From the NCBI RefSeq assembly GCF_006345805.1, contig NW_021832484.1, forward strand, positions 1 to 30,093: a stretch of 30,093 nucleotides of DNA. Direction: 5' to 3'. Source of the DNA: Octopus sinensis (Eukaryota). Below are positions 11,743 to 23,224 of the stretch, piece after piece (position 1 is the first letter of the stretch; every line of letters starts with the position of its first letter). A program made the position numbers and the translations under genes. A model generated the notes under the pieces. It did not search any database. It was not told the DNA's origin and saw only the letters and a list, made by a program, of their open reading frames with translations.

Positions 11743-12036
11743 TGTGTATGCATTGATATACACATAAATAGACCAGCCTACCCGAATATACGTTTGTGCG
11801 TGTCTGTTCGACGCGGCGTTGGTGTCAATGTCACCGGCGCCCAGTTTGTGTATTCACACCAAACCACCTCCAACCTTACCACGACCACCACCCGTGACGC
11901 TGGTTCCGCTTAGCTAGTCTCTAAACACAAGCTAACGTTTCTAGGCGGTTTGCGTTTTACTATTCACAGTTTAACAGCCGCAGTCCACACTTGCACACAA
12001 CACACGCCAATATATACGCACCCGTATATACATACA

Positions 12037-12068
<32 letters not shown>

Positions 12069-12202
12069 CATATATATATACATACATACATACATACATA
12101 TACATATATATATATATATATATACATACATACAAATACACGAAAGGACACGCATATGCATGTGCGTATACATGCTTACACACACATACACACATATATA
12201 TA

Positions 12203-12365
12203 GGCGCTGACTTGGGTGTGTGGTAAGTAGCTTGCTTACCAACCACATGGTTCTGGGTTCAGTCCCACTGCGTGGCACTTTGGCCTAGTGTTTTCTACCA
12301 TAGTCTCGAGTCGGCCAAAACCTTGTGAATGGATTTGGTAGACGGAAACTGAAAGAAGCCAGTCG

Positions 12366-12399
<34 letters not shown>

Positions 12400-12516
12400 G
12401 GTTCCGGGTTCAGTCCCACTGCGTAGCACCTTGGGCAAGTGTCTTCTACTATAGCCTCGGGTCGACCAATGCCTTGTGAGTAGATTTGGTAGATGGAAAC
12501 TGAAAGAAACCCGTCG

Positions 12517-12551
<35 letters not shown>

Positions 12552-12821
12552 ATATATGTTTGTGTGTCTGTGTTTGTCCCCCTAGCATTGCTTGACAACC
12601 GATGCTGGTGTGTTTACGTCCCCGTCACTTAGCGGTTCGGCAAAAGAGACCGATAGAATAAGTGCTGGGCTTACAAAGAATAAGTCCCGGGGTCGAGTTG
12701 CTCGACTAAAAGGCGGTGCTCCAGCATGGCCGCAGTCAAACGACTGAAACAAATAAAAGAGTATATATATAATTCTTTAACCTGTTTCAGCCATTTGACT
12801 GCGGCCACGCTGGAGCACCGC
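12203..12821 (+). mobile_element. SINE A cluster: 5' half, near-full copy (12398-12762) and inverted 3' fragment (12775-12821)
   Basis: Direct comparison with the other family A copies. Confidence 0.9.
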
Positions 12822-13462
12822 ATTTGTGTGTGTAAACTAGCTGTGGCAAAATTAAGACTTTGAGAACACGATGGTGATGAGCGTCAGTTGTCGTTATGGT
12901 TGTTGTGGTGTCGCTGTAGTGGTGTTGGCTTCAGTAAACGGTGGAGGGGGGTTGTGGAGGTGTTTATCGGTGCTTTCGGCGGCTGTGGGCAGCGGGGTCG
13001 TCCGGCGAGTTGGGACGGCGGTTGGGTGGTTACAACAGTGTTGTTTGTATGTGGAGTGAGTTCGACGGATAGATAGCTGGGTGGCTGTGTGTTATTATTA
13101 TTATTTTTTTTTTTTTGGTGGGGGGAAGGTGGTTGCATGTGGGGCTGAAGAGGGTGTTGATTCGGGGGTTGTTGGAAGGGGGAAGGGGTCAGCGGATCGG
13201 TGAGTGGTGGTGGCGGTGTCGGTGACGATGGTGGTAGTAAAGTTGGAGGTGAGAGACGGCTAAGCAGAAAGAAAGAAAGAGAAACGAAGGAAAGGAAGAA
13301 GGAAAGAAAGGAATATATATATATATACATATATATATACATATCGGCCAATAAAACGTGATCAGTGGAGCAGAAACTAGTGTGACGCACTTTTAGTGGA
13401 GATTTCAGTCGAGAAAAAAGAAAAAAAAAAAACCGAAAGACAAAAGAGAAAGAAAAGCGAAA

Positions 13463-13510
<48 letters not shown>

Positions 13511-13621
13511 CAATAATAATAATAATAATAATATAAGTAAAATACTTTAACAACAACGACATTCACAACAGCAAGAAACTCTACAAGAAAATACACTCTT
13601 CTTTTCACCTTCCTCTCCATA

Positions 13622-13672
<51 letters not shown>

Positions 13673-13674
13673 TA

Positions 13675-13735
<61 letters not shown>

Positions 13736-13817
13736 ATATATATATATGTATATATGTATATATATATATATGTATATATATATGTGTATATATATATGTA
13801 TATATATTATGTATATA

Positions 13818-13864
<47 letters not shown>

Positions 13865-13888
13865 ATATATATGTATAATATATATATG

Positions 13889-13931
<43 letters not shown>

Positions 13932-14055
13932 ACATACACATATGCATACATATACCGTCATATAACATACACACATAGAAATATAGATATATATACACAC
14001 ATAAACATATATATATATATAAACATACACACACACATATATACATACACAGATA

Positions 14056-14101
<46 letters not shown>

Positions 14102-14327
14102 CATACATACATGCACATACATATTGGTACACATAGGGTAAGAAAGGAGAGATTTAGACTGTGTGGAACATAAAACAAGAAAAGTGTGTATATAAAATGT
14201 ACACACAAATATATATATATATATAAATGTATATATACAATCTTTCTTTTATTCTTCTTGCTCTGCGTTGACTAATCCAAAGCTTAAATTCCCTTCAGTA
14301 CTGTACATATATGTATGTATATGTATA

Positions 14328-14616
14328 GGCGCAGGCGTGGCTGTGTGGTAAGTAGCTTGCTTACTAACCACACGGTCCCGGGTTCAGTCCCACTGCGTGA
14401 CACCTTGGGCAAGTGTCTTTTACTATAGCTTCGGGCCGACCAAAGCCCTGTGAGTGGATTTGGTAGACGGAAACTGAAAGAAGCCTGTCGTATATGTATA
14501 AATATGAACCATCCGATCTTCTGATTACCTCATTTCTTCTAATATATAATACCTGTACATCATCTCCAAACCTTCCAATATATATATATATATATATAAT
14601 ATATATATATATATAC

Positions 14617-14663
<47 letters not shown>

Positions 14664-14825
14664 TCTGTATTTGTCCCCCACCCCTCTCCAACATTGAAAA
14701 CCGATGCTGGTGTGTTTACGTTTCGGCAAGAGACCGATGCAATAAGTACTTGATTACAAAGAATTTGCTCGACTCTAGGCGGTGCTCCAGCATGGCCGCA
14801 GTCAAATCCCTGAAACAAATAAAAA
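14328..14825 (+). mobile_element. SINE A with ~80-bp insert in its internal microsatellite
   Basis: A box TGGCTGTGTGG, B-box-like GGTTCAGTCCC; foreign segment ~14500-14578. Confidence 0.9.
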
Positions 14826-14947
14826 ATATATATCTATATATAGTTTTATTTGGGGATGGTCATGTTGCCAGTTTAGCCAATAAAAACACACGCACTGTAT
14901 ATTTGGTGTTCACTTGCTTCGCCTTTATTTCATATTAATTGTATTTC

Positions 14948-14991
14948 GGCCAGAGTTCTTTCGTCACAATTCTTTGACCTCTTCAGTGGTC
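14948..14991 (-). ncRNA. Minimal type-I hammerhead ribozyme motif within a TA-flanked element (~14842-15000)
   Basis: Minus strand: gacca CTGAAGA g gtca-aagaattg-tgac GAAA G-aa-C TC^ tggcc. Confidence 0.7.
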
Positions 14992-15132
14992 CCTTGCTTT
15001 CTACTTTCTTTTTTGTGTGTCTCTCCTTACTAATGTTCTGCCAGTAGAAGTAGATGAAACAGGTGCCACAGCAAGGCCACAATCTAATGACTGTATACCG
15101 ATGGAAGCGACCTATACTGGCAGGCTGAGCTG

Positions 15133-16968
15133 CTAGAAGTAGCAGCCAAATCTCCCTCAAATCACACCCTACTCTCTTATCTATGTATATATGTATGAGC
15201 CAATGAGGGAGACCTCTACATGGTAGCTAGACCTGGTAGAAATAGCAGCCAAATCTCCCTCAAATCACACCCTACTCTCTTATCTATGTATATATGTATG
15301 TATGAGCCAATGAGGGAGACCTCTACATGGTAGCTAGACCTGGTAGAAATAGTAGCCAAATCTCCCTCAAATCACACCCTACTCTCTTATCTATGTATAT
15401 ATGTATGTATGAGCCAATGAGGGAGACTTCTACGTGGTAGCTAGACCTGGTAGAAATAGCAGCCAAATCTCTCTCAAATCACACCCTACTCTCTTATCTA
15501 TGTATATATGTATGTATGAGCCAATGAGGGAGACCTCTACATGGTAGCTAGACCTGGTAGAAATAGCAGTCAAACCTCCCTCAAATCACACCCTACTCTC
15601 TTATCTATGTATATATGTATGTATGAGCCAATGAGGGAGACCTCTACATGGTAGCTAGACCTGGTAGAAATAGCAGCCAAATCTCCCTCAAATCACACCC
15701 TACTCTCTTATCTATGTATATATGTATGTATGAGCCAATGAGGGAGACCTCTACATGGTAGCTAGACCTGGTAGAAATAGCAGCCAAATCTCCCTCAAAT
15801 CACACCCTACTCTCTTATCTATGTATATATGTATGTATGAGCCAATGAGGGAGACCTCTACATGGTAGCTAGACCTGGTAGAAATAGCAGCCAAATCTCC
15901 CTCAAATCACACCCTACTCTCTTATCTATGTATATATGTATGTATGAGCCAATGAGGGAGACCTCTACATGGTAGCTAGACCTGGTAGAAATAGCAGTCA
16001 AACCTCCCTCAAATCACACCCTACTCTCTTATCTATGTATATATGTATGTATGAGCCAATGAGGGAGACCTCTACATGGTAGCTAGACCTGGTAGAAATA
16101 GCAGCCAAATCTCCCTCAAATCACACCCTACTCTCTTATCTATGTATATATGTATGTATGAGCCAATGAAGGAGACCTCTACATGGTAGCTAGACCTGGT
16201 AGAAATAGCAGCCAAATCTCCCTCAAATCACACCCTACTCTCTTATCTATGTATATATGTATGTATGAGCCAATGAAGAAGACCTCTACATGGTAGCTAG
16301 ACCTGCTAGAAATAGCAGCCAAATCTCCCTCAAATCACACCCTACTCTCTTATCTATGTATATATGTATGTATGAGCCAATGAGGAGACCTCTACATGGT
16401 AGCTAGACCTGGTAGAAATAGCAGCCAAATCTCCCTCAAATCACACCCTACTCTCTTATCTATGTATATATGTATATGAGCAATGAGGGAGACCTCTACA
16501 TGGTAGCTAGACCTGGTAGAAATAGCAGCCAAATCTCCTCAAATCACACCCTACTCTCTTATCTATGTATATATGTATGTATGAGCCAATGAGGAGACCT
16601 CTACATGGTAGCTAGACCTGGTAGAAATAGCAGCCAAATCTCCCTCAATCACACCCTACTCTCTTATCTATGTATATATGTATGTATGAGCCATGAGGGA
16701 GACCTCTACATGGTATCTAGACCTGGTAGAAATAGCAGCCAAATCTCCCTCAAATCACACCCTACTCTCTTATCTATGTATATGTATGTATGAGCCAATG
16801 AGGGAGACCTCTACATGGTAGCTAGACCTGGTAGAAATAGCCAAATCTCCCTCAAATCACACCCTACTCTCTTATCTATGTATATATGTATGTATGAGCC
16901 AATGAGGGAGACCTCTACATGGTAGCTAGACCTGGTAGAAATAGCAGCCAAACCTCCCTCAAATCACA
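15133..16968 (+). repeat. Tandem satellite, 107-bp unit, ~17 copies
   Basis: gagccaatg at 15197, 15304, 15411, 15518 and onward; units nearly identical. Confidence 0.98.
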
Positions 16969-17079
16969 TAGAACTGCCTGCAAAGCAGGAGAAGCAGAAA
17001 GGAGGACCTTCACCACCCCCATCATAGCAATCCCCTCCGTGCAATCACTTCATCTTTATTTATGCTATTTTCCACTCCA

Positions 17080-17093
17080 GTGCCCCCTAGCGG
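17080..17093 (-). promoter_or_regulatory. CTCF-like motif
   Basis: Minus strand CCGCTAGGGGGCAC matches the CTCF core CC(A/G)CNAG(A/G)(G/T)GGC(A/G)C. Confidence 0.5.
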
Positions 17094-17554
17094 GGTACGT
17101 TTAAAGGTCTTAATTGTTCATGTGGACATATCGTGGCTGTTGTTGATGTTGTTGTGGTAGTCACAGTTTACATATATTAAAAGGGCCCTGTTGTTAGTGG
17201 GAGCATTGGGGTGGGAGGTATGAGTGGGGCCGGATGAAGGGCCGGACGAGGGGTCGTATGGTGGAGGGGCTGAGGAGAAGCTATGAGCAGAAACAATGAG
17301 GAGGTGAAGCTGAAGAGAGAGAGAGAGAGGGAGGGGTGAGATACTGTCATGCCTTACACACACACACACTCACACAACACACACATATATATATATATAT
17401 ACACACACATATATACACACACATATATATATACACACACATATATATATATACACACACACACATATATACACACACATATATATATATATACACACAC
17501 ACACATATATACACACACACATATATATATATATATACACACACACATATATAT

Positions 17555-17587
<33 letters not shown>

Positions 17588-17967
17588 CACAGAAACATAT
17601 ATATATACACACACACACACACACATGCTGTATTTCTAATAAAACTGTCTGCTATACATTGAATCAAATATGTATATATACATGTGTTTGTGAATGTATA
17701 TATATATATACGTTGACATAGAGGATTATGTGTGCATGTATGTATATATATATATGTTGACATACACGAATATGTGTGTATATAAATATATTTGCATGCA
17801 TGCGGGTCTTCATCTGCACCAACATACACGTGTGTATATACACGTGTATATATATATATGTGTGTATGTGTGTGTATACGCATATATATTAGGATGTGTG
17901 TGTGTATGTGTGTATGCATATATATTAGGATGTGTGTGTGTGTGTGTGTGTGTGCGTGTGCTTACGT

Positions 17968-17984
17968 TTCACGCATGATTAACT
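17968..17984 (+). promoter_or_regulatory. Pax6 paired-domain consensus binding site
   Basis: TTCACGCATGATTA vs consensus TTCACGCWTSANTK: 13 of 14 positions match. Confidence 0.55.
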
Positions 17985-18315
17985 GTACTGAAACGATCTT
18001 TCTAGCTTTTCATTTTAAACAATGTACCCGGACACCCACCCCCTTAAAAAAAAAACAAAAAAACAAAAAGAAAGAAAGGAAGAAAAGGAAGGAAAAGGGA
18101 CGAGAAATCGAAAATAAAGAGTCTGAATAAAACAGAGAGTGGCGGCTAGTCAGACTGAGTCCTAAATAAACTACAGAAATACACGTGTTTATGTGTGTGT
18201 ATATATATATATATATATCATATACTTACACCTCTCCTCGTGTGCATTTAATACGTATATATAGGTCGAACATTTCGGTTAGAACGTATGTCGTGGGAAG
18301 ACAGAGGTTCGGTTG

Positions 18316-18913
18316 TTACTCCTTTACTTGTTTCAGTCGTCTGACTGCGGCCATGCTGGAGCACCGCCTTTTTAGTCGAGCAGATCGACCCCCGCAGGAC
18401 TTATTCTTTTGTAAGCCTAGTACTTATTCTATCGGTCTCTTTTTGCCGAACCGCTAAGTTACGGGGACGTACACACACCAGCATCGGTTGTCAAATGATG
18501 TTGGGGGGGGGAGACAAACACACACACACACATATATATGTTTTTCTCTCCTTTTTTCTCTCCTTTTTTCTCTCCTTGTTTTTTTCTGTGTATCTCTCTG
18601 TCGAAGAGCGTAAGCTCGAAACGTAAAAGACTTCTTCTATTCCTGAGCGTTATATTAATACATTTGTTTGTTTGTACTCCACCTGCCTTTTGTTTATTTT
18701 CGTAAACTTTCCCTTATTATATATATATACATATGTATGTATATATATACGACGGGCTTCTTTCAGTTTCCGTCTACCAAATCCACTCACAAGGCTTTGA
18801 TTGGCCCGAGGCTATAGTAGAAGACACTTGCACAAGGTGCCATGCAGTGGGACTGAACCCAGAACCATGTGGTTCGTAAGCAAGCTACTTACCACACATC
18901 CACTCCTACGCCT
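18316..18913 (-). mobile_element. SINE A interrupted by a family H element (+, ~18541-18715)
   Basis: SINE 3' part 18316-18520 and 5' part 18748-18913. The insert has tctct CTGTCGA a gagc-gtaa-gctc GAAAC GTA aaaga (18593-18630). Confidence 0.88.
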
Positions 18914-18961
18914 ATAGTTTACGTTTCTAGTGCTAATGTTAGTTATGAGAAATGTATATAC

Positions 18962-19005
<44 letters not shown>

Positions 19006-19049
19006 GCACACTATTTTGTAGATAAATTTCGCTACCGTTGGTTTCATGC

Positions 19050-19073
19050 GAAAATCAATCAATCAATCAATCA

Positions 19074-19165
<92 letters not shown>

Positions 19166-19166
19166 T

Positions 19167-19217
<51 letters not shown>

Positions 19218-19520
19218 GTCTACCTTTCTATCTACCTCTCTATCTACCTCTCTCTCTTCTCTCTACTATCTATATCTATCAATGTCTATTCACCCATCCA
19301 TCCCATCTTCCTATATATATGTATATATCTATATCTGTCTGTCTGTCTATCCACACATCCATCTCATCTACCTATATATATATATATATACATGTCTGTC
19401 ACTTTCTCTCTCTCTCTCCCTCTCTCCTTCAATCTGTCCATCCCCCTATCAATATACATCTTTATCTGCCCCACCCCCACCCATCCATCCATCCATCTAC
19501 CCATTCACCTATATCACCAT
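19050..19520. repeat. Compound (ATCA)n/(ATCT)n/(GTCT)n microsatellite and degenerate extension
   Basis: Direct inspection. Confidence 0.9.
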
Positions 19521-19759
19521 TCCACAATAAGGCCCTTGAATGCCGACAAAATTTCACTGATCCATCCGCTGTATCACTCAGTGGGGGTACCCCCTTTTTT
19601 TATATATATATAAAGCGGCCCCTTTTTCTTTCTTTTGTATATCAGACACTGCTTTACCTGAACTTCCATCCTATTGTTTGACAGTCACGCCTCTTCGAAC
19701 CTCCCCCCCACACACACACACACATACACACACACACCACACTCACACATTCTTTTATA

Positions 19760-19920
19760 TGTTTTAGTTATTAAGCTGCGGCCATACTGGAACACTGCCT
19801 TAAAGGGGTTTTCGTAGTCGAAGAAATCGACCCTAGGACTTATTCGTTTTAAGCCGAGTACGTATTTTTATCGGTATTTTATACCGAACCGTTAAGTCAC
19901 GGGTTCGTAAACACACCAAG
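19760..19920 (-). mobile_element. Diverged SINE A 3' fragment
   Basis: ctgcggccatactggaacactgcc...ccgaaccgttaagtcacggg. Confidence 0.75.
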
Positions 19921-20014
19921 TGTATACTCATACACTTATAAGTACAAACACATTTACATACATTCATATTTAGACATACACTCTTATACATACATACACA
20001 CACACATCCCTAGT

Positions 20015-20365
20015 GGCCATCCGTCGGTTACGACGACGAGGGTTCCAGTTGATCCGATCAACGGAACAGCCTGCTTGCGCGTGAAATTAACGTGCAAGTG
20101 GCTGAGGGCCAAACAGATACGTGTACCCTTAACGTAGTTCTCGGGGCGATTCAGCGTGACACAGTGTGTGACAGGGTTGGCCCCTTTGAAATAAAGCTAC
20201 AACAGAAACAGGAAGAAAGAGTGAAATAAAGTTGTGGCGAAAGAGTACAGCAGGGTTCACCACAACCCCTTGCCGGAGCCTCATGGAGCTTTAGTTGTTT
20301 TTGCTCAATAAACACTCACAACGCCCGGTCTGGAAATCGAAACCGTGATATTACAACCGCGAGTC
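20015..20365 (-). mobile_element. tRNA-head SINE, family D, 5' end truncated
   Basis: Minus strand has B-box-like GGTTTCGATTTCC followed by gtgtttattgagcaaaaacaactaaagctcc, a SINE-core-like segment. Confidence 0.65.
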
Positions 20366-20366
20366 A

Positions 20367-20622
20367 GGCTATAGTAGAAGACGCTTGCCGAAGATGCCAC
20401 GCAATGGCACTGAACCCAGAACCATTTGGTTGAGAAGCAAGCTTCTTACCAACAGCCACGCCTGGAGTGGCTGTGTGGTAAGTAGCTTGTCTACCAACCA
20501 CATGGTTCTGGGTTCAGCCCCACTGCGTGGCATCTTGGGCAAGTGTCTTCTGCTATAGCCCCGGGCCGACCAATGCCTTGTGAGTGAATTTGGTAGACGG
20601 AAACTGAAAGAAGCCTGTCGTA

Positions 20623-20675
<53 letters not shown>

Positions 20676-20880
20676 CTGTGTTTGTCCCCCTAGCATTGCT
20701 TGACAACCGATGCTGGTATGTTTACGTCCCCGTAACTTAGCGGTTCGGCAAAAGAGACCGATAGAATAAGTATTGGGCTTACAAAAGAATAAGTCCCGGG
20801 GTCGAGTTGCTCGATTAAAGGCGGTGCTCCAGCATGTCCGCAGTCAAATGACTGAAACAAGTAAAAGAGTAAATAGAGTA
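20367..20880. mobile_element. Head-to-head SINE A pair (- head 20367-20462; + full copy 20464-20880)
   Basis: ~96-bp inverted arms abutting at 20463. Confidence 0.9.
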
Positions 20881-20905
20881 TATATATATACGTTGTGTGT
20901 GTGTG

Positions 20906-20944
<39 letters not shown>

Positions 20945-21210
20945 TATATCTGTGTGTGTTTGTGTTGTTCTTGTTAGCGGTCGGGTGTTGTTGTTGCTGA
21001 TACTGATGGTACCGGTAGTAGTGATGAAGGGGGTGGGATGAGAAGAGGAGGGGTGACGATCGGGGTCCTTCAGGTACTCACAGACGTACAATCTACCTTC
21101 CAACCCTACCTGCGTCTCTCACCTGTGTTTTTCTCTCTCTTCTCTACCTTAAATCCCCACCCCTCCCCCGGCTTCCACCTTGGTCTTACCCGTCCACCCT
21201 TCTACCCACG

Positions 21211-21246
<36 letters not shown>

Positions 21247-21247
<1 letters not shown>

Positions 21248-21301
21248 CGAAAAGATAGAACGGTGTGTGTATAATATATACACCCCGTTCTATCTTTTCG
21301 T
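21247..21301. repeat. Hairpin with 17-bp perfect arms
   Basis: acgaaaagatagaacgg (21247-21263) / ccgttctatcttttcgt (21285-21301). Confidence 0.9.
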
Positions 21302-21428
21302 CCGTAACCGTGACCGCTTTGCGCGTTTCTCTTTAAACCGGATTAAGCGTGACGGCGGATTAACATTCCTTAAACAAATATATACACATATACATACGCG
21401 TACATACATATATATCACCCATAAATAT

Positions 21429-21502
<74 letters not shown>

Positions 21503-21567
21503 CAGCTCCTGTGTGTTGAGATTACAGTTTTATTTCAGTTTGGCACGATATGTATATCCTGTTTCCT

Positions 21568-21612
<45 letters not shown>

Positions 21613-21954
21613 TGCCTGAATAAAAGGTGGGATGGTCACAGCTAGGACGTCTTTGATCGTTGGTCTGTCTGATCAGCACTGACCTGGGGTTAAACCACAA
21701 TAACTATAACCACTAATACTAACTACTATACTATACATTGGATAATGTAGTCCTTGATACACTATGCCTGAATATAAGTTGGGATGGTCACAATTGCAGC
21801 ATCTTTGATCAGTGCTATATGTGGATCAAGATTGACCTAGGGCTAAAGAACAATAGCTCCATCCCATCGACCGACCAACCGGAACGTCTCCCTTTTTATT
21901 CATTGCATCAGACAGTCATTTTTGTTCTCGCACCGGGTCATTCTTTTCTCTCTT

Positions 21955-22003
<49 letters not shown>

Positions 22004-22126
22004 AACACACACGCACTCACAGATAATGCACACGCACTCACATAGAAATACAAAGACCCTCATACACATACACAGATGATCACACGCAAACACTCTACAC
22101 TAGTCACACACACACACACATATGTA

Positions 22127-22164
<38 letters not shown>

Positions 22165-22328
22165 TACACATATATATTCACACACCAACCTAATATATAT
22201 ATATAGTATGTGCAGGATGTATGTATGATCGTATACCTGCATACATACACGTGTGCATATATATATATACACGTGTATATACGTCTCCCTGTGTGTATAT
22301 CTATATATCTATATCTATCTATTTATAT

Positions 22329-22364
<36 letters not shown>

Positions 22365-22530
22365 CTGTAATATTTACATATATATATGAACACATATATG
22401 CACATACATACATGTATATAAATATACATTTATATATGCACACACGTATCTATATACACACAGACACACACATATAAAAGCACAAAAGCGCATACATACA
22501 TACACACACTTAAACACAAACGCGCACATC

Positions 22531-22710
22531 TTCGGCCAATGCTTCGCCACAAAATGGCGGACTTGCAGTGCACAAATCGAAAGACGAAAGAGCGAGCGAG
22601 AGAGAGAGACAGCCAGACAGATAAAGAGAGAGAGAGAGAAAACAAAAGAGAGAAAGAAAGGAAGAGAAATTGAGAGAGAGAGAGAGATGTGGGGGAGAGA
22701 GAGGGTAAGT
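22531..22710 (+). promoter_or_regulatory. Candidate internal promoter / alternative first exon
   Basis: GGCCAAT 22534-22540, YY1-like CAAAATGGCGG 22550-22560, GA repeats, donor-like AGG|GTAAGT at 22705. Confidence 0.35.
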
Positions 22711-23037
22711 GAGAGTGACAAGACAAAGTGGGGTTTTGATTTTTATTCATGGCTATTTTCACGCCCTGAAGATATCAAGTTTTGACCCCTTTCGCCTGGA
22801 CTTCACACTGGTCAGTCTTCCTTCGATCTCTTCAAACGTTTTACGGAACCGGTCTCTATTATCGCAGACAGACAGAACTGCCTTGTATGCTCGCCCTTTC
22901 ACCTCCAAGAATCCATCATAAATTGTTCAGCCTATCTTTGATACGTATCGGGAGAATCACCAAAGATGTGCTTCCTTATCTGTCTTCGTACAGAAAGTTG
23001 TGTCGTGTGCTTGTGAACGTGTGCGTCTATGCGAGTG

Positions 23038-23068
<31 letters not shown>

Positions 23069-23224
23069 TTGTGCGTGTGTCTGTTTCAGTGTGGCTTGAG
23101 GGACATTTAGCTGTTTTTTCTAACTAGGGTAAATATACTTGAAAGGTTCATATTTTTAGTTCATAACCTAACTGGGTTTCATTTTTTATATTGGGTTTCA
23201 AGGGGTTTCATAAAATATAGTATT

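Noticed and set aside
15133-16968. CRISPR array or retrozyme tandem
   Set aside because: No unique spacers, eukaryotic context, and no hammerhead core found on either strand of the unit.
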